A model generated the notes under the pieces. The model ran no database searches, was not told the DNA's origin, and saw only the letters and a program-made list of their open reading frames with translations. Shown in pieces: positions 50,531 through 59,465 of a stretch of DNA of 64,000 nucleotides. Where the stretch lies: positions 5,065 to 69,064 of the forward strand of contig CAYXIN010000001.1 in the NCBI GenBank assembly GCA_964465395.1, read 5' to 3'. The position numbers and the translations under genes are program-made. Position 1 is the first letter of the stretch. Every line of letters begins with the position of its first letter. The DNA is from an uncultured Oscillospiraceae bacterium (GTDB lineage Bacteria; Bacillota; Clostridia; Oscillospirales; Oscillospiraceae).

Positions 50531-51211
50531 TTAGGGTTCCTCCTCACAAGTGATTTCCCAGGGCTTTTTCATATAGAGATCAATGGGGAACACCGGCTCC
50601 TGCAAGCGCTCGGCCGCCTGGGATGCAAAGCGCCGCTGGACCGCGTGGTGTACAATGGGGAGACCTGTGCGGGCGGAGAGCGCCGCAGCCAGAGCCGCGC
50701 CGCAGAAGGTTTCCTCCAGCGTGGTCTCGGCGCACAGGTGGGTGTTGTTGACGATGCCCGTGACCTTTTGCAGGCATTGCTCCTCAATGCCGCGCAGATA
50801 AGCCAGCGCCTTCTCGACCGTGTTGGTCTCGGGGCGATTGGCATTGAGCACATAGAGCAGCTCAAAATCCGTCCGGCTGAGCTGGGGAGCGAAGCGCGCA
50901 AGCACGCGCGCACCGATGGGATCGCCGCCGATATCCAGCACGCCGGTGAGCTGCGGATCCTGGAAAATGGACAGCACCGCAGGATTGATCGCGGGGATGT
51001 CCGCCACGCCGCCGCAGGAGGTGACGATCACCTGCACACCGGCGGCCTCCAGGCGGGCCGTCTTCTCATAGGAGCGGAAGTAGGGATTGACAATATCCAG
51101 ATCGGCCAGCGCGACGCGGCGCCCCGGCCCGGCCAGATGCAGCGCAAGGTTGACGGCATACTCCGTCTTGCCCGTGCCATAATGACCGGTTACAATATGA
51201 ATTCTTGCCAT
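50531..51211 (-). CDS. Conserved P-loop ATP-binding protein of unknown function
   Basis: VTGHYGTGKTE Walker A; LADLDIVNPYFRS; LDIGGD. Confidence 0.78.
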   Translation of the reverse strand: MARIHIVTGHYGTGKTEYAVNLALHLAGPGRRVALADLDIVNPYFRSYEKTARLEAAGVQVIVTSCGGVADIPAINPAVLSIFQDPQLTGVLDIGGDPIGARVLARFAPQLSRTDFELLYVLNANRPETNTVEKALAYLRGIEEQCLQKVTGIVNNTHLCAETTLEETFCGAALAAALSARTGLPIVHHAVQRRFASQAAERLQEPVFPIDLYMKKPWEITCEEEP

Positions 51212-51212
51212 A

Positions 51213-52289
51213 TCAATATTCCTGAACGGTTTCCTGACCGCGCAGCACGCGCAGCGCGCCCTGCGCCAGCGCCAGCATCTCGTCCTCGCCGGGGTAGACA
51301 TGGACGGGGGCCAGGAACTCCACATTCTCGCGAATCCAGCCCATCAGCACGGCGTCATAGGCAAAGCCGCCCGTCAGGAGGATGGCATCCACCTGGCCAT
51401 GCAGCGGCGCGGCCAGCGCGCAGATTTCCTTGGAAACCTGGTAGGCCATGGAGCGGTAGGCCAGCTCCGCCTGCTTGTCGCCGGCGGCGATGCGGCGGGT
51501 GATCTCGCGGCCATCGTTGGTGCCGGTGTGACCGACCAGGCCGCTCTTCATGCACAGCTCATGGCGGATTTCTTCATAGGTATGACCCCACTGGCCGCTC
51601 AGCGTGCCGCGCACGACATCCAGCGCTGCCAGCGTGCCGCAGCGCTCACCGGTGAAGGCGCCCTCGCCCTCAAGCCCGTTGTTGACATCGACCACGCGGC
51701 CCTTGCGGTGGCAGCCGACGGAGGTACCGCCGCCCATGTGGGCGACGATCAGGTTCAGGCTGTCATAGGGACGGCCGGTTTCCTCGGCAAAGCGCTTGGC
51801 AATGGCCTTCTGGTTCAGCGCATGGAACAGCGCGCGGCGGGGGAAATCCGGATGGCCGGAAAGCCGGGCCACCTCATCCTTCTCATAGACCACGGGGGGA
51901 TCGACCACATAGGCAGGCTTGCCCAGCTCTGCGCCGATCTCGGCGGCCAGAATGCCGCCCAGGTTGCAGACATGGAAGCCATAGTTGCAGCTATGCAGAT
52001 CCGCAAGCATCCGCTCGTTGACGGCATAGGTGCCGCCGGGGATGGGACGGATCAGACCGCCGCGGCCGACAATGGCATCCAGAGAGGCCATGTCAATCCC
52101 CTCCTCGCGCAGCGCGGCAAGAATCAGCGGCTTGCGGAAGCGGGCGTTATCCTCCATGGTTTTGATATTCTTCATTTCCTCGGGGCCATGGCGGAAGACG
52201 CGCTGCACCACCTCATGATCGCCGTCATAGACGGCCATCTTGGTGGAGGTGGAGCCAAAATTCATAGTCAATACACGATATTCCTTCAT
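51213..52289 (-). CDS. buk: Butyrate/branched-chain acyl kinase
   Basis: NFGSTSTK, GRGGL, VVDPPV, HALNQKA, HMGGGTSV, PGEDEM.AL. Confidence 0.95.
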   Translation of the reverse strand: MKEYRVLTMNFGSTSTKMAVYDGDHEVVQRVFRHGPEEMKNIKTMEDNARFRKPLILAALREEGIDMASLDAIVGRGGLIRPIPGGTYAVNERMLADLHSCNYGFHVCNLGGILAAEIGAELGKPAYVVDPPVVYEKDEVARLSGHPDFPRRALFHALNQKAIAKRFAEETGRPYDSLNLIVAHMGGGTSVGCHRKGRVVDVNNGLEGEGAFTGERCGTLAALDVVRGTLSGQWGHTYEEIRHELCMKSGLVGHTGTNDGREITRRIAAGDKQAELAYRSMAYQVSKEICALAAPLHGQVDAILLTGGFAYDAVLMGWIRENVEFLAPVHVYPGEDEMLALAQGALRVLRGQETVQEY

Positions 52290-52293
52290 TGGT

Positions 52294-53208
52294 TCACTCC
52301 TTCGGGGACTGTTTTGCAATGGTCAGGGCCAGCGCGATGGAGTTGAGCTTGGCGTCATCGCTGTCGGCGCGGGAGGTCAGAACGATGGGCGCCTTCGCGC
52401 CGACGATCACGCCCGCGTTGCGTGCCCGGGCCATAAAGACCAGAGATTTATAGAAAACGTTGCCGACCTCAATGGCGGGCACAAGCAGAATATCCGCATG
52501 ACCGGCCAGGGGATCGCTGATGCCCTTATGCTTTGCGGCCTCGGGCGAGATGGCGTTATCCAGCGCCAGCGGGCCGATGACCTTGCAGCCGGTCAGCTCA
52601 CCGGTCTGCGCGGCCTCAACCAGCGCAGCCGCGTCAAGCGTCGCGGGCATCTTGGGATTGACCTTCTCCACGGCGCACAGGCAGGCCGCAATGGGCTCGG
52701 GATTGCCCAGCGCATGAGCCACCTTGACGGCATTGCGGAGAATCTCCCGCTTGGCGTTGAGGTCGGGGGCAATGTTCATCGCTGCATCCGTCACATAGAG
52801 CAGCCGGTCAAAGCCGGGCACCTCAAAGGCCGCCACATGGGACAGAACAGGACTGTCGCGCAGGCCGTTTTCCTTGTCGAGGACGGCCTTGAGGATGACG
52901 GAGGTGTCGATGATGCCCTTCATCACGACATCCGCCTCGCCGTAGCGGACGAGAGAGACGGCGCGCTTGCAGGCCAGAACCTTGTCCTCCTCATGGACAA
53001 TGACATAATTGGCGGGGTCGATGCCCTTCTCCGCTGCAATCTGGCGGATGAGCGTCTCGTCACCGACGAGAATGGCCTTGGCGATGCCCAGACGCCGCGC
53101 GGCCTCGACTGCCAGCAGAACCTCGGCATCCTGCGCCACGGCCACGGCAAGGGTGCGGCATTCGTCGCCTGCAACGCAGGCACGCAGGGCTTCCATGTTT
53201 CGAATCAT
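52294..53208 (-). CDS. ptb: Phosphate butyryltransferase / branched-chain phosphotransacylase
   Basis: MKG.IDT..LKAVL, TDAAMNIAP, GPLALDNA, GNVFYK, IVLTSRAD. Confidence 0.93.
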   Translation of the reverse strand: MIRNMEALRACVAGDECRTLAVAVAQDAEVLLAVEAARRLGIAKAILVGDETLIRQIAAEKGIDPANYVIVHEEDKVLACKRAVSLVRYGEADVVMKGIIDTSVILKAVLDKENGLRDSPVLSHVAAFEVPGFDRLLYVTDAAMNIAPDLNAKREILRNAVKVAHALGNPEPIAACLCAVEKVNPKMPATLDAAALVEAAQTGELTGCKVIGPLALDNAISPEAAKHKGISDPLAGHADILLVPAIEVGNVFYKSLVFMARARNAGVIVGAKAPIVLTSRADSDDAKLNSIALALTIAKQSPKE

Positions 53209-53319
53209 AATTGGTGCGCTCCTTTGTTCTGGCAGACGCCGGGCGGCGTCTGCCGTATCGAGGGCTTGCGCGGGCGCAAAAGCAGCGCGGGCGCAATTGT
53301 CCATTCTTATTGCTTTTAT

Positions 53320-53348
53320 ATTATAGTTATCTTCGCAAAAAAGGTCAA
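53320..53348 (-). promoter_or_regulatory. SigA promoter of the ptb-buk-vor operon
   Basis: Minus strand TTGACC-N17-TATAAT. Confidence 0.72.
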
Positions 53349-53403
53349 TCCATGAAATTGAAAATTGGCAGAACGCACAAAATCCCAAGCACTATTTTGG
53401 GCA

Positions 53404-54018
53404 TCACGCCAAGAAATCCCCCGCTGCGCCGCGCAAAAGCGGCTGGAGCTGCCGCCCCTCCAGCGCCGCCTCCAACGCCTGCGGCAGCGCGCGGAAATCG
53501 GCCACCAGACTGGCGGGCTTCGCCACAGGGTCATCCTGCCCAAAGGGGACAAAATAGTAGTTGCGCCGGTTCAGCAGACGCCCCAGATTCTCCGCGCTGC
53601 CGGCCAGCGCGTCGTTGCTCGACACGGCCAGCAGCACCGGCCGGCCATTGCGTAGATGCGCCTTGACCGCAAAGGTAACGGCGCTGTCGGCAATGCCGGC
53701 GGCCAGCTTGCCGAGGGTATTGCCGGTGCAGGGGGCAACAATGAGCGCATCCAGCAGCCGCTTCGGCCCCAGCGGCTCAACCTCCTGAAGCTGCGTCAGC
53801 GCCCGGCAGCCGCACAGCGCCTCCACCCGCGCGCGAAAGGACTGCGCCGTGCCAAAGCGCGTGTCGCAGGTAGCGGCGGCCTGCGACAGAATCGGCAGCA
53901 GCGCGCAGCGCTCCCGCAACGGCTCGACTGCCTCCAGCACCCGCGCAAGCGTACAGAAGGAGCCGCACAGCGCCAGACCGACACGCGGCCGTTCCGCTGT
54001 AGTCCGCGCCCCACTCAC
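53404..54018 (-). CDS. spoVFB: Dipicolinate synthase subunit B
   Basis: GLALCGSFCT, TRFG, APCTGNTLGK, AVSSNDAL, YYFVPFGQDDP..KP.SL; GTG start overlaps the spoVFA stop. Confidence 0.93.
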   Translation of the reverse strand: MSGARTTAERPRVGLALCGSFCTLARVLEAVEPLRERCALLPILSQAAATCDTRFGTAQSFRARVEALCGCRALTQLQEVEPLGPKRLLDALIVAPCTGNTLGKLAAGIADSAVTFAVKAHLRNGRPVLLAVSSNDALAGSAENLGRLLNRRNYYFVPFGQDDPVAKPASLVADFRALPQALEAALEGRQLQPLLRGAAGDFLA

Positions 54019-54836
54019 AGGACGCCCTCCAGCCGCATAAGCTGCAAAACGCTCTGCACGTAGCACACACCGGCGCTCTGCGGCGCCCAGTCCCCCGGCA
54101 GCCCCGGCGCATACAGGGTCGTCAGGCCCAGTGCCTTGCAGACCTCGCGGTCAAAGCCGCCCGGCGCAGAGGCCAGCTCCAGCAGCACGCACTGCGGCGG
54201 AAGCTGCCGAAGCTGCTCCGGCGAGAGCACCGGCGCGGGCACGGTGTTAAAAACCAGCGCATAGCGCGCAAGCCCGGCGGCATATTCGCCCGTCTTAGTC
54301 GCCTCCAGCCCCAGCGCCTGCGCCAGCGCGCGGTCACCCGCCTGCCGCGCGGCAACCGTCACCGTGGCACCCAGTGCCCGCAGCTTCAGCGCCAGCAGCT
54401 TGCCGATGCGCCCAAAGCCGATGACCAGACAGGGCAGCTCCGGCAGAAGGCGCGGCGTGGCGCGCAACGCCAGGGCAATGGCTCCCTCGGCTGTCGCAGC
54501 AGCACTGACGCTGCGCAGCGGCTCCGTTCCCCACAGATCGCGCACCTGCGCCCCCTGCGCGCGCAGCCGCGCCGCCCAGGGGCCAAGCAGCCCGCCATAG
54601 ACCCGGCTGTCAGCATTGAACAGGGGCAGAAGCGACTCCAGCGGCAGCGCCCGCTGCCCACGCAGGCAGTCGCCGCTGACCGCCGGACAGGGCAGCACAG
54701 CCACCTGCACATGCGCCGGAAGGGGCGCATCCTCCATACCCGGCACACCATGCGTCTGCACGCGGCAGTCCGCCAGGCGAAGCTGCTGCGCCGCCGCCCG
54801 GCTGCGCGCATCGCCGCCCAATACCCAGATTTCCAT
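54015..54836 (-). CDS. spoVFA: Dipicolinate synthase subunit A
   Basis: VLGGDAR, ATAEGAI, VIGFGRIG, FNTVP, LASAPGG, APGLPG. Confidence 0.9.
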   Translation of the reverse strand: MEIWVLGGDARSRAAAQQLRLADCRVQTHGVPGMEDAPLPAHVQVAVLPCPAVSGDCLRGQRALPLESLLPLFNADSRVYGGLLGPWAARLRAQGAQVRDLWGTEPLRSVSAAATAEGAIALALRATPRLLPELPCLVIGFGRIGKLLALKLRALGATVTVAARQAGDRALAQALGLEATKTGEYAAGLARYALVFNTVPAPVLSPEQLRQLPPQCVLLELASAPGGFDREVCKALGLTTLYAPGLPGDWAPQSAGVCYVQSVLQLMRLEGVL

Positions 54837-54858
54837 ATGACCACCATCCCTTCTCGCC

Positions 54859-54886
54859 ATAGTATGCAAATTTCTTCCGGCCTGTG
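54859..54886 (-). promoter_or_regulatory. SigK-type promoter of spoVFAB
   Basis: Minus strand CACA-N16-CATACTAT matches the SigK consensus (AC-N16/17-CATAnnnT); spoVF is a known SigK target. Confidence 0.7.
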
Positions 54887-54894
54887 AAAAGCGG

Positions 54895-54923
54895 TTGCCA
54901 AACCGCGCCGCCTGCGCTATAAT
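54895..54923 (+). promoter_or_regulatory. SigA promoter of the DUF4364 gene
   Basis: TTGCCA-N17-TATAAT. Confidence 0.65.
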
Positions 54924-54955
54924 CATAGGAAAAAGAAAAAGAGAGGCGAAGCGCA

Positions 54956-55501
54956 ATGGAGGGACGCGGCTTTATCCGCGATATGCTGGACGTCAAGCTG
55001 CTGGTTTTATATATTATGGCGCGGGTGCTCTATCCCGTGGATTTGCAAAAGCTTTACGAGCTGGCCTATCAGGATGACTGCCTGAGCTATTTTGATCTGG
55101 CGCAGGCCGTGCCGCAGATGGTGGAGTCCGGGCACCTTGAGCTGCTGGAGGACGGCTGCTACGCCATCACCGCGCATGGCCGCGAGGCCGAGACGGTCAC
55201 GGAGGACGCCGTGGCCTTCCCCGTGCGCCAGCGCGCGCAGGCCGCCGTGGAACGCTACAACCGCGAGCGGCACCGCAGCGGCTACGTCAAAACCGCCGTC
55301 GTTCCGCGCGAGGGCGGCGACTTTGCCGTGCGCCTGAGTCTGAATGATGAGGTCAGCGACCTGCTGCGGCTGGAGCTGATGGCTCCGACCCAGCGGCAGG
55401 CCTATCGCCTGGCTCACGCCTTTGCCCAGTGCGCCGAGAGCCTCTACCGCAGCATTATGGATCAGCTCCTGCTTGAGCCGCAGGAGGAGAACGCACAGTA
55501 A
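54956..55501 (+). CDS. DUF4364 family winged-helix protein
   Basis: KLLVLYIM..YFDLAQA..Y.IT..GRE..L.L..PT..QA pattern. Confidence 0.8.
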   Translation: MEGRGFIRDMLDVKLLVLYIMARVLYPVDLQKLYELAYQDDCLSYFDLAQAVPQMVESGHLELLEDGCYAITAHGREAETVTEDAVAFPVRQRAQAAVERYNRERHRSGYVKTAVVPREGGDFAVRLSLNDEVSDLLRLELMAPTQRQAYRLAHAFAQCAESLYRSIMDQLLLEPQEENAQ

Positions 55502-55521
55502 CGCGTCCATTAACAGAACAT

Positions 55522-55556
55522 TTCCCCGCCGGTTTTCTCCGGCGGGGAATTTTTTT
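55522..55556 (+). terminator. Intrinsic terminator separating DUF4364 from the phage-like operon
   Basis: TTCCCCGCCGG-TTTTCT-CCGGCGGGGAA followed by T7. Confidence 0.85.
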
Positions 55557-55569
55557 GCGATTTTTTGCA

Positions 55570-55597
55570 AAAAATTGCACGTTTTGATGCAATTTTT
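55570..55597. promoter_or_regulatory. Palindromic candidate operator upstream of terS
   Basis: AAAAATTGCA-N8-TGCAATTTTT; a second AAAAWTGCACG repeat lies 28 bp downstream of the first. Confidence 0.45.
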
Positions 55598-55632
55598 AAA
55601 AAATGCACGCTACGGGTAAAGGAGTGATTTTT

Positions 55633-56061
55633 ATGACGACAGATAAACGCCGCTTTGCGGCAGCGTGGCTGCGTTCCTTCGACCCGCAGCAGGCCGCGCA
55701 GGAGGTCGGCGGCGATGACGGCATCCGCCTGCTGACCACGCCGGGTGTGCAGCGTGAAATTGCCCTGCAACGGGCGCAGTTTGAGCTGCGGCGCGAGGAT
55801 GTGCTGCGCCAGCTTGCGCGGCTGGCCTTCGGCCGCGCCAACGACTGCGTGAAGCTGGCGCTCTGCGAAACGGCAGCCCTCGACACGCTGGAGCTGAGTC
55901 TGCTGACGGAAATCCGGCGCAACGAGAAGGGCACGGTGGAAATCCGTCTGCTCGATCGGCTGGCCGCCCTGCGGCTGCTGCTGGAGGCATGCAGCGCCGC
56001 GCCCGACTGCGCACAGGCCTTCTTTGCCGCCTGCACGGATGAGGACGGGGAGGCCAGTTGA
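55633..56061 (+). CDS. Terminase small subunit-like protein
   Basis: Immediately upstream of and coupled to terL; EDVLRQLARLAF..EIRR..KGTVEIRLLDRLAALRLL resembles the Terminase_2 C-terminus; AAAGGAG RBS. Confidence 0.6.
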   Translation: MTTDKRRFAAAWLRSFDPQQAAQEVGGDDGIRLLTTPGVQREIALQRAQFELRREDVLRQLARLAFGRANDCVKLALCETAALDTLELSLLTEIRRNEKGTVEIRLLDRLAALRLLLEACSAAPDCAQAFFAACTDEDGEAS

Positions 56062-57329
56062 AATTCTCCGCAAAGCAGAAAACGGTGCTGAGCTGGTGGC
56101 GCCCCGGCGGGCGCTACGCGCAGCGGGAGGCCATCATCTGCGACGGGGCGGTGCGCTCGGGCAAGACGCTGTGCATGGGGCTGAGCTTCTTTCTCTGGGC
56201 CTCAAGCTGCTTCCACGGCGCGCGCTTCGGACTGTGCGGCAAGACCATCGCCTCGCTGCGGCGCAATGTGCTGACGGAGCTGCTGCCAAAGCTGCGGGCG
56301 CTGGGCTTCGGCATCCGGGAAAAGCGGACGGAAAATCTGGTGCAGCTCAGCTACGGCGGGCACAGCAACGACTTCTACCTCTTTGGCGGGCGCGACGAGG
56401 GCTCGGCCGGGCTGATTCAGGGCATCACCTTCGCCGGGGTACTGCTTGACGAGGTGGCACTGATGCCGCGCAGCTTCGTCGAGCAGGCCTGCGCCCGCTG
56501 CTCGGTCAGCGGCAGCCGCCTCTGGTTCAACTGCAACCCGGAGGGGCCGCACCACTGGTTCTACACGGAGTGGATCTGCAACGCACAGGCGCGCAACTGC
56601 CTGTATCTACACTTCACGATGGAGGACAATCCCTCGCTCAGCCCCGCCATCCGTGCGCGCTACGCGCGGCTGTACAGCGGAGTGTTCTATCGTCGCTTTA
56701 TTCTGGGGCAATGGGTGGCGGCCCAGGGACGCGTCTACGACTTCTTCGACGCGGCGCAGGCACCGCCCCCGCCTGCGGACGGCTTCACACAATGGTACAT
56801 CTCCTGCGACTACGGCACGGTGAATCCCGCCTCCTTCGGGCTCTGGGGTCTGCGGGAGGGGGTCTGGTACCGTGTGTGGGAGTTTTACTTCGATTCCCGG
56901 CGCGAGCAGCGGCAGATGACGGACGCGGAATATGCCGACGCGCTGGCGCGGCTGGCCGGCACGCGCCCGGTCACGGCGGTGATTGTCGATCCCTCGGCGG
57001 CCAGCTTCATCGAGGTACTGCGGCGGCGCGGGTGGCCGGTGCGCAAAGCCGACAACGATGTGCTCGGCGGCATCCGCCGCACAGCAGACCTGCTCAAGAG
57101 CGGGCGGCTGGTGATCTGCGACACCTGCGCCGACTGTCTGCGCGAGATGGAGGAATACGTCTGGGATCCGCGCAACGGGCACGAGTGCGTGAAAAAGGAG
57201 CACGACCACGCGATGGACGACATGCGCTACTTCGCCAGCACCGTGCTGGGCGCGGCCGGGCCGTCCTTCGCCGTGCGCGGCGTGGAGCGGACGCAGGCAG
57301 CCGGATCTTATCCCACGGAAAGGAGGTGA
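56058..57329 (+). CDS. Terminase large subunit (PBSX-like family)
   Basis: Walker A DGAVRSGKT; Walker B VLLDEVAL; NCNPEGPHHW; nuclease SCDYGTVNP, VDPSAASF, DHAMDDMRY. Confidence 0.93.
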   Translation: MKFSAKQKTVLSWWRPGGRYAQREAIICDGAVRSGKTLCMGLSFFLWASSCFHGARFGLCGKTIASLRRNVLTELLPKLRALGFGIREKRTENLVQLSYGGHSNDFYLFGGRDEGSAGLIQGITFAGVLLDEVALMPRSFVEQACARCSVSGSRLWFNCNPEGPHHWFYTEWICNAQARNCLYLHFTMEDNPSLSPAIRARYARLYSGVFYRRFILGQWVAAQGRVYDFFDAAQAPPPPADGFTQWYISCDYGTVNPASFGLWGLREGVWYRVWEFYFDSRREQRQMTDAEYADALARLAGTRPVTAVIVDPSAASFIEVLRRRGWPVRKADNDVLGGIRRTADLLKSGRLVICDTCADCLREMEEYVWDPRNGHECVKKEHDHAMDDMRYFASTVLGAAGPSFAVRGVERTQAAGSYPTERR

Positions 57330-57334
57330 ATGCA

Positions 57335-58519
57335 ATGTTGAAAAAGCTGAAACGAAAAACCGACTCCCCCGCGCAGGCGACCGCCACACAGCTCCGCCTG
57401 GGACAGCAGCATCCCTTTCACGCGCTGCGCAGCTACCTGCCCCTGGGCGGCAACGAGGCGCGGCTCTACCGCGAGCTGCGCGAAAGCCTGCCGATTCTGG
57501 ACGCAGCCATCGGCAAGCTGGTGCGGCTGACGGGCGGCTTCTGCGTGCGCTGCGGCGACGCGGCGCGGGAGCGCGCGCTGGCGGATTTCCTGCGCACGGT
57601 GCCCTGCGGACGCGGTCAGCAGGGCATTGGCAGCTTTCTGACATCCTATCTGGACAGTCTGCTGACCTATGGGCGCGCGGTCGGAGAGCTGGTGGTGGCC
57701 GACGGCGAGCTCGTGGGGCTCTGCTGGGGCGACGTCACGCAGGTTCACATCTGCGAGGGCGCCAGTCCGCTGGATTTCACGCTCTGCGCCTACAACGCAG
57801 GCGGCGTGCTGCGGCCGCTGCCCTGGCAGCATTTGCTGCTGCTGACGACGCTGAATCCGGAGCCGGCGAATCCCTATGGCGTGTCGCTGCTGCGCGGGAT
57901 GCCCTTTCTGGGAGAGATTCTGCTGAAAATCTACCAGACCATTGGCGTCAACTGGGAGCGGGCGGGCAACGTGCGCTACGCGGTGGTCTGCCGCCCCGGC
58001 CCCGGCAGCGAAAATGCCGCCGGACAGGTGGAGGCCATCGCCGGTGAATGGGCTGCGGCGATGCAGGACGGCAAGCAGGGCGTGGTGCGCGATTTTGTCG
58101 CCGTCGGTGACGTGAGCGTGCGCGTCATCGGCGCCGACGGGCAGATTCTCGAATCCGAGGTGCCGGTGCGCCAGCTTCTCGAGCAGCTCATCGCCAAAAC
58201 CGGTCTGCCGCCCTTCCTGCTGGGACTGAACTGGTCGAGCACGGAGCGCATGAGCCGCCAGCAGACCGATCTGCTGACGAGCGAAATCTGGGCGCTGCGG
58301 CGCGCGGTGGAGCCGGTGCTGGAGCGAATCTGCACCTTCTGGCTCCAGACGCAGGGCTGCGGGCGCAGGCCGGAAATCGTCTGGGATGACATCACGCTAC
58401 AGGACATGGTGGAGGAGGCGCAGGCCGCGCTCTACCACGCGCAGGCGGCAGCGCTGGCACAGCCGTCCTGCGGCACGCAGCACAGCGCTGCCAGCACAGA
58501 ACAAACGGAAAGGATGTGA
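57335..58519 (+). CDS. Portal protein
   Basis: 394 aa, directly after terL; LPILDAAIGKLVRL, PYGVSLLRG, LEQLIAKTGLPPFLLG; AAGGAGG RBS. Confidence 0.78.
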   Translation: MLKKLKRKTDSPAQATATQLRLGQQHPFHALRSYLPLGGNEARLYRELRESLPILDAAIGKLVRLTGGFCVRCGDAARERALADFLRTVPCGRGQQGIGSFLTSYLDSLLTYGRAVGELVVADGELVGLCWGDVTQVHICEGASPLDFTLCAYNAGGVLRPLPWQHLLLLTTLNPEPANPYGVSLLRGMPFLGEILLKIYQTIGVNWERAGNVRYAVVCRPGPGSENAAGQVEAIAGEWAAAMQDGKQGVVRDFVAVGDVSVRVIGADGQILESEVPVRQLLEQLIAKTGLPPFLLGLNWSSTERMSRQQTDLLTSEIWALRRAVEPVLERICTFWLQTQGCGRRPEIVWDDITLQDMVEEAQAALYHAQAAALAQPSCGTQHSAASTEQTERM

Positions 58520-59433
58520 TCTTTTTGGAGATCAGCAAGGCGGCACAGGTCGCTGCGGCGGGAACCCCCAGCGCGGCGCAGCTCGCCGCCATCAACAGCT
58601 ACGCCAAGTCGCCCCTGACAGCGCAGCAGGTCTACTGCTTCAGCGTCCGGCTGTGCGACGATCAGCCGGACAGAGACCACGAGCGCTTCGACACGGCAGC
58701 ACTGCCGCGTCTGGCGGCGCTGTTCCGGGGCAAAACCGGCATCACGGATCACGACTGGTCAGCCGGGGGCCAGGTCGCGCGCATTTTTGACACGCAGGTG
58801 TGCCGCGAGGAGGGCGTGAGCTTTATCCGCGCGTGGTGCTACATGCTGCGCATACCGGAGCACGCCGCCCTGATCGAGCAGATCGAGGGCGGCATTCGCA
58901 GAGAGGTCTCCGTCGGCTGCGCGATGGGGCTGTCGCGCTGCTCCATCTGCGGCAGCATCTACGGCACCTGCGCCCACCGCAAGGGCGCGCTCTACGACGG
59001 GCAGCTCTGTCTGGCCGTGCTGTCCGAGCCGGTGGATGCCTACGAATTCTCCTTCGTAGCCGTCCCCGCGCAGCGCGAGGCCGGGGTGATGAAGGCGCTG
59101 CGGGAGCCTGCGGCGCAAACGCTGGAGGAGCTGGTGCTGCGCAAGGGCAGCCCGGCTCTGAGTGAGCGCCTGCGGGCACTGGAGGCGGAGGCCGCCTTTG
59201 GTCGCGAGAGCCGCCTGGAGCTGGAGCAGGAGGTGGTGCGCCTCGGTCTGCTGCTGGATTTCGGCGCGGATGAGGACGTGCTGCGCGCCACGGCCGCCGC
59301 GCTGGAGGGCGTCCAGCTCCGACAGCTTCGCACGGCGATGGCACACAAGGCCGCAGGGCTCTGGCCCGCGCGCACACAGCTCCCGGCGCAGGGCCGGGAG
59401 GCAGAGCCGCTTGACGCGGCGTTTTTAATTTAA
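58516..59433 (+). CDS. Prohead protease-scaffold fusion with Cys/His insertion
   Basis: DHDW, REVSVG and YEFSFVAVPAQ resemble the HK97-type protease His/Ser/E-S-V-xx-PA motifs; CSICG..CAH insert; helical C-terminus. Confidence 0.62.
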   Translation: MIFLEISKAAQVAAAGTPSAAQLAAINSYAKSPLTAQQVYCFSVRLCDDQPDRDHERFDTAALPRLAALFRGKTGITDHDWSAGGQVARIFDTQVCREEGVSFIRAWCYMLRIPEHAALIEQIEGGIRREVSVGCAMGLSRCSICGSIYGTCAHRKGALYDGQLCLAVLSEPVDAYEFSFVAVPAQREAGVMKALREPAAQTLEELVLRKGSPALSERLRALEAEAAFGRESRLELEQEVVRLGLLLDFGADEDVLRATAAALEGVQLRQLRTAMAHKAAGLWPARTQLPAQGREAEPLDAAFLI

Positions 59434-59465
59434 CCGCAAAAAAATGAACGGAGGTCAATGAAAAA

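Noticed and set aside
53209-53403. CodY box or T-box in the ptb-buk leader
   Set aside because: The best CodY match is only about 9/15 and there is no T-box consensus; only a GC hairpin (53231-53254) of unclear role.
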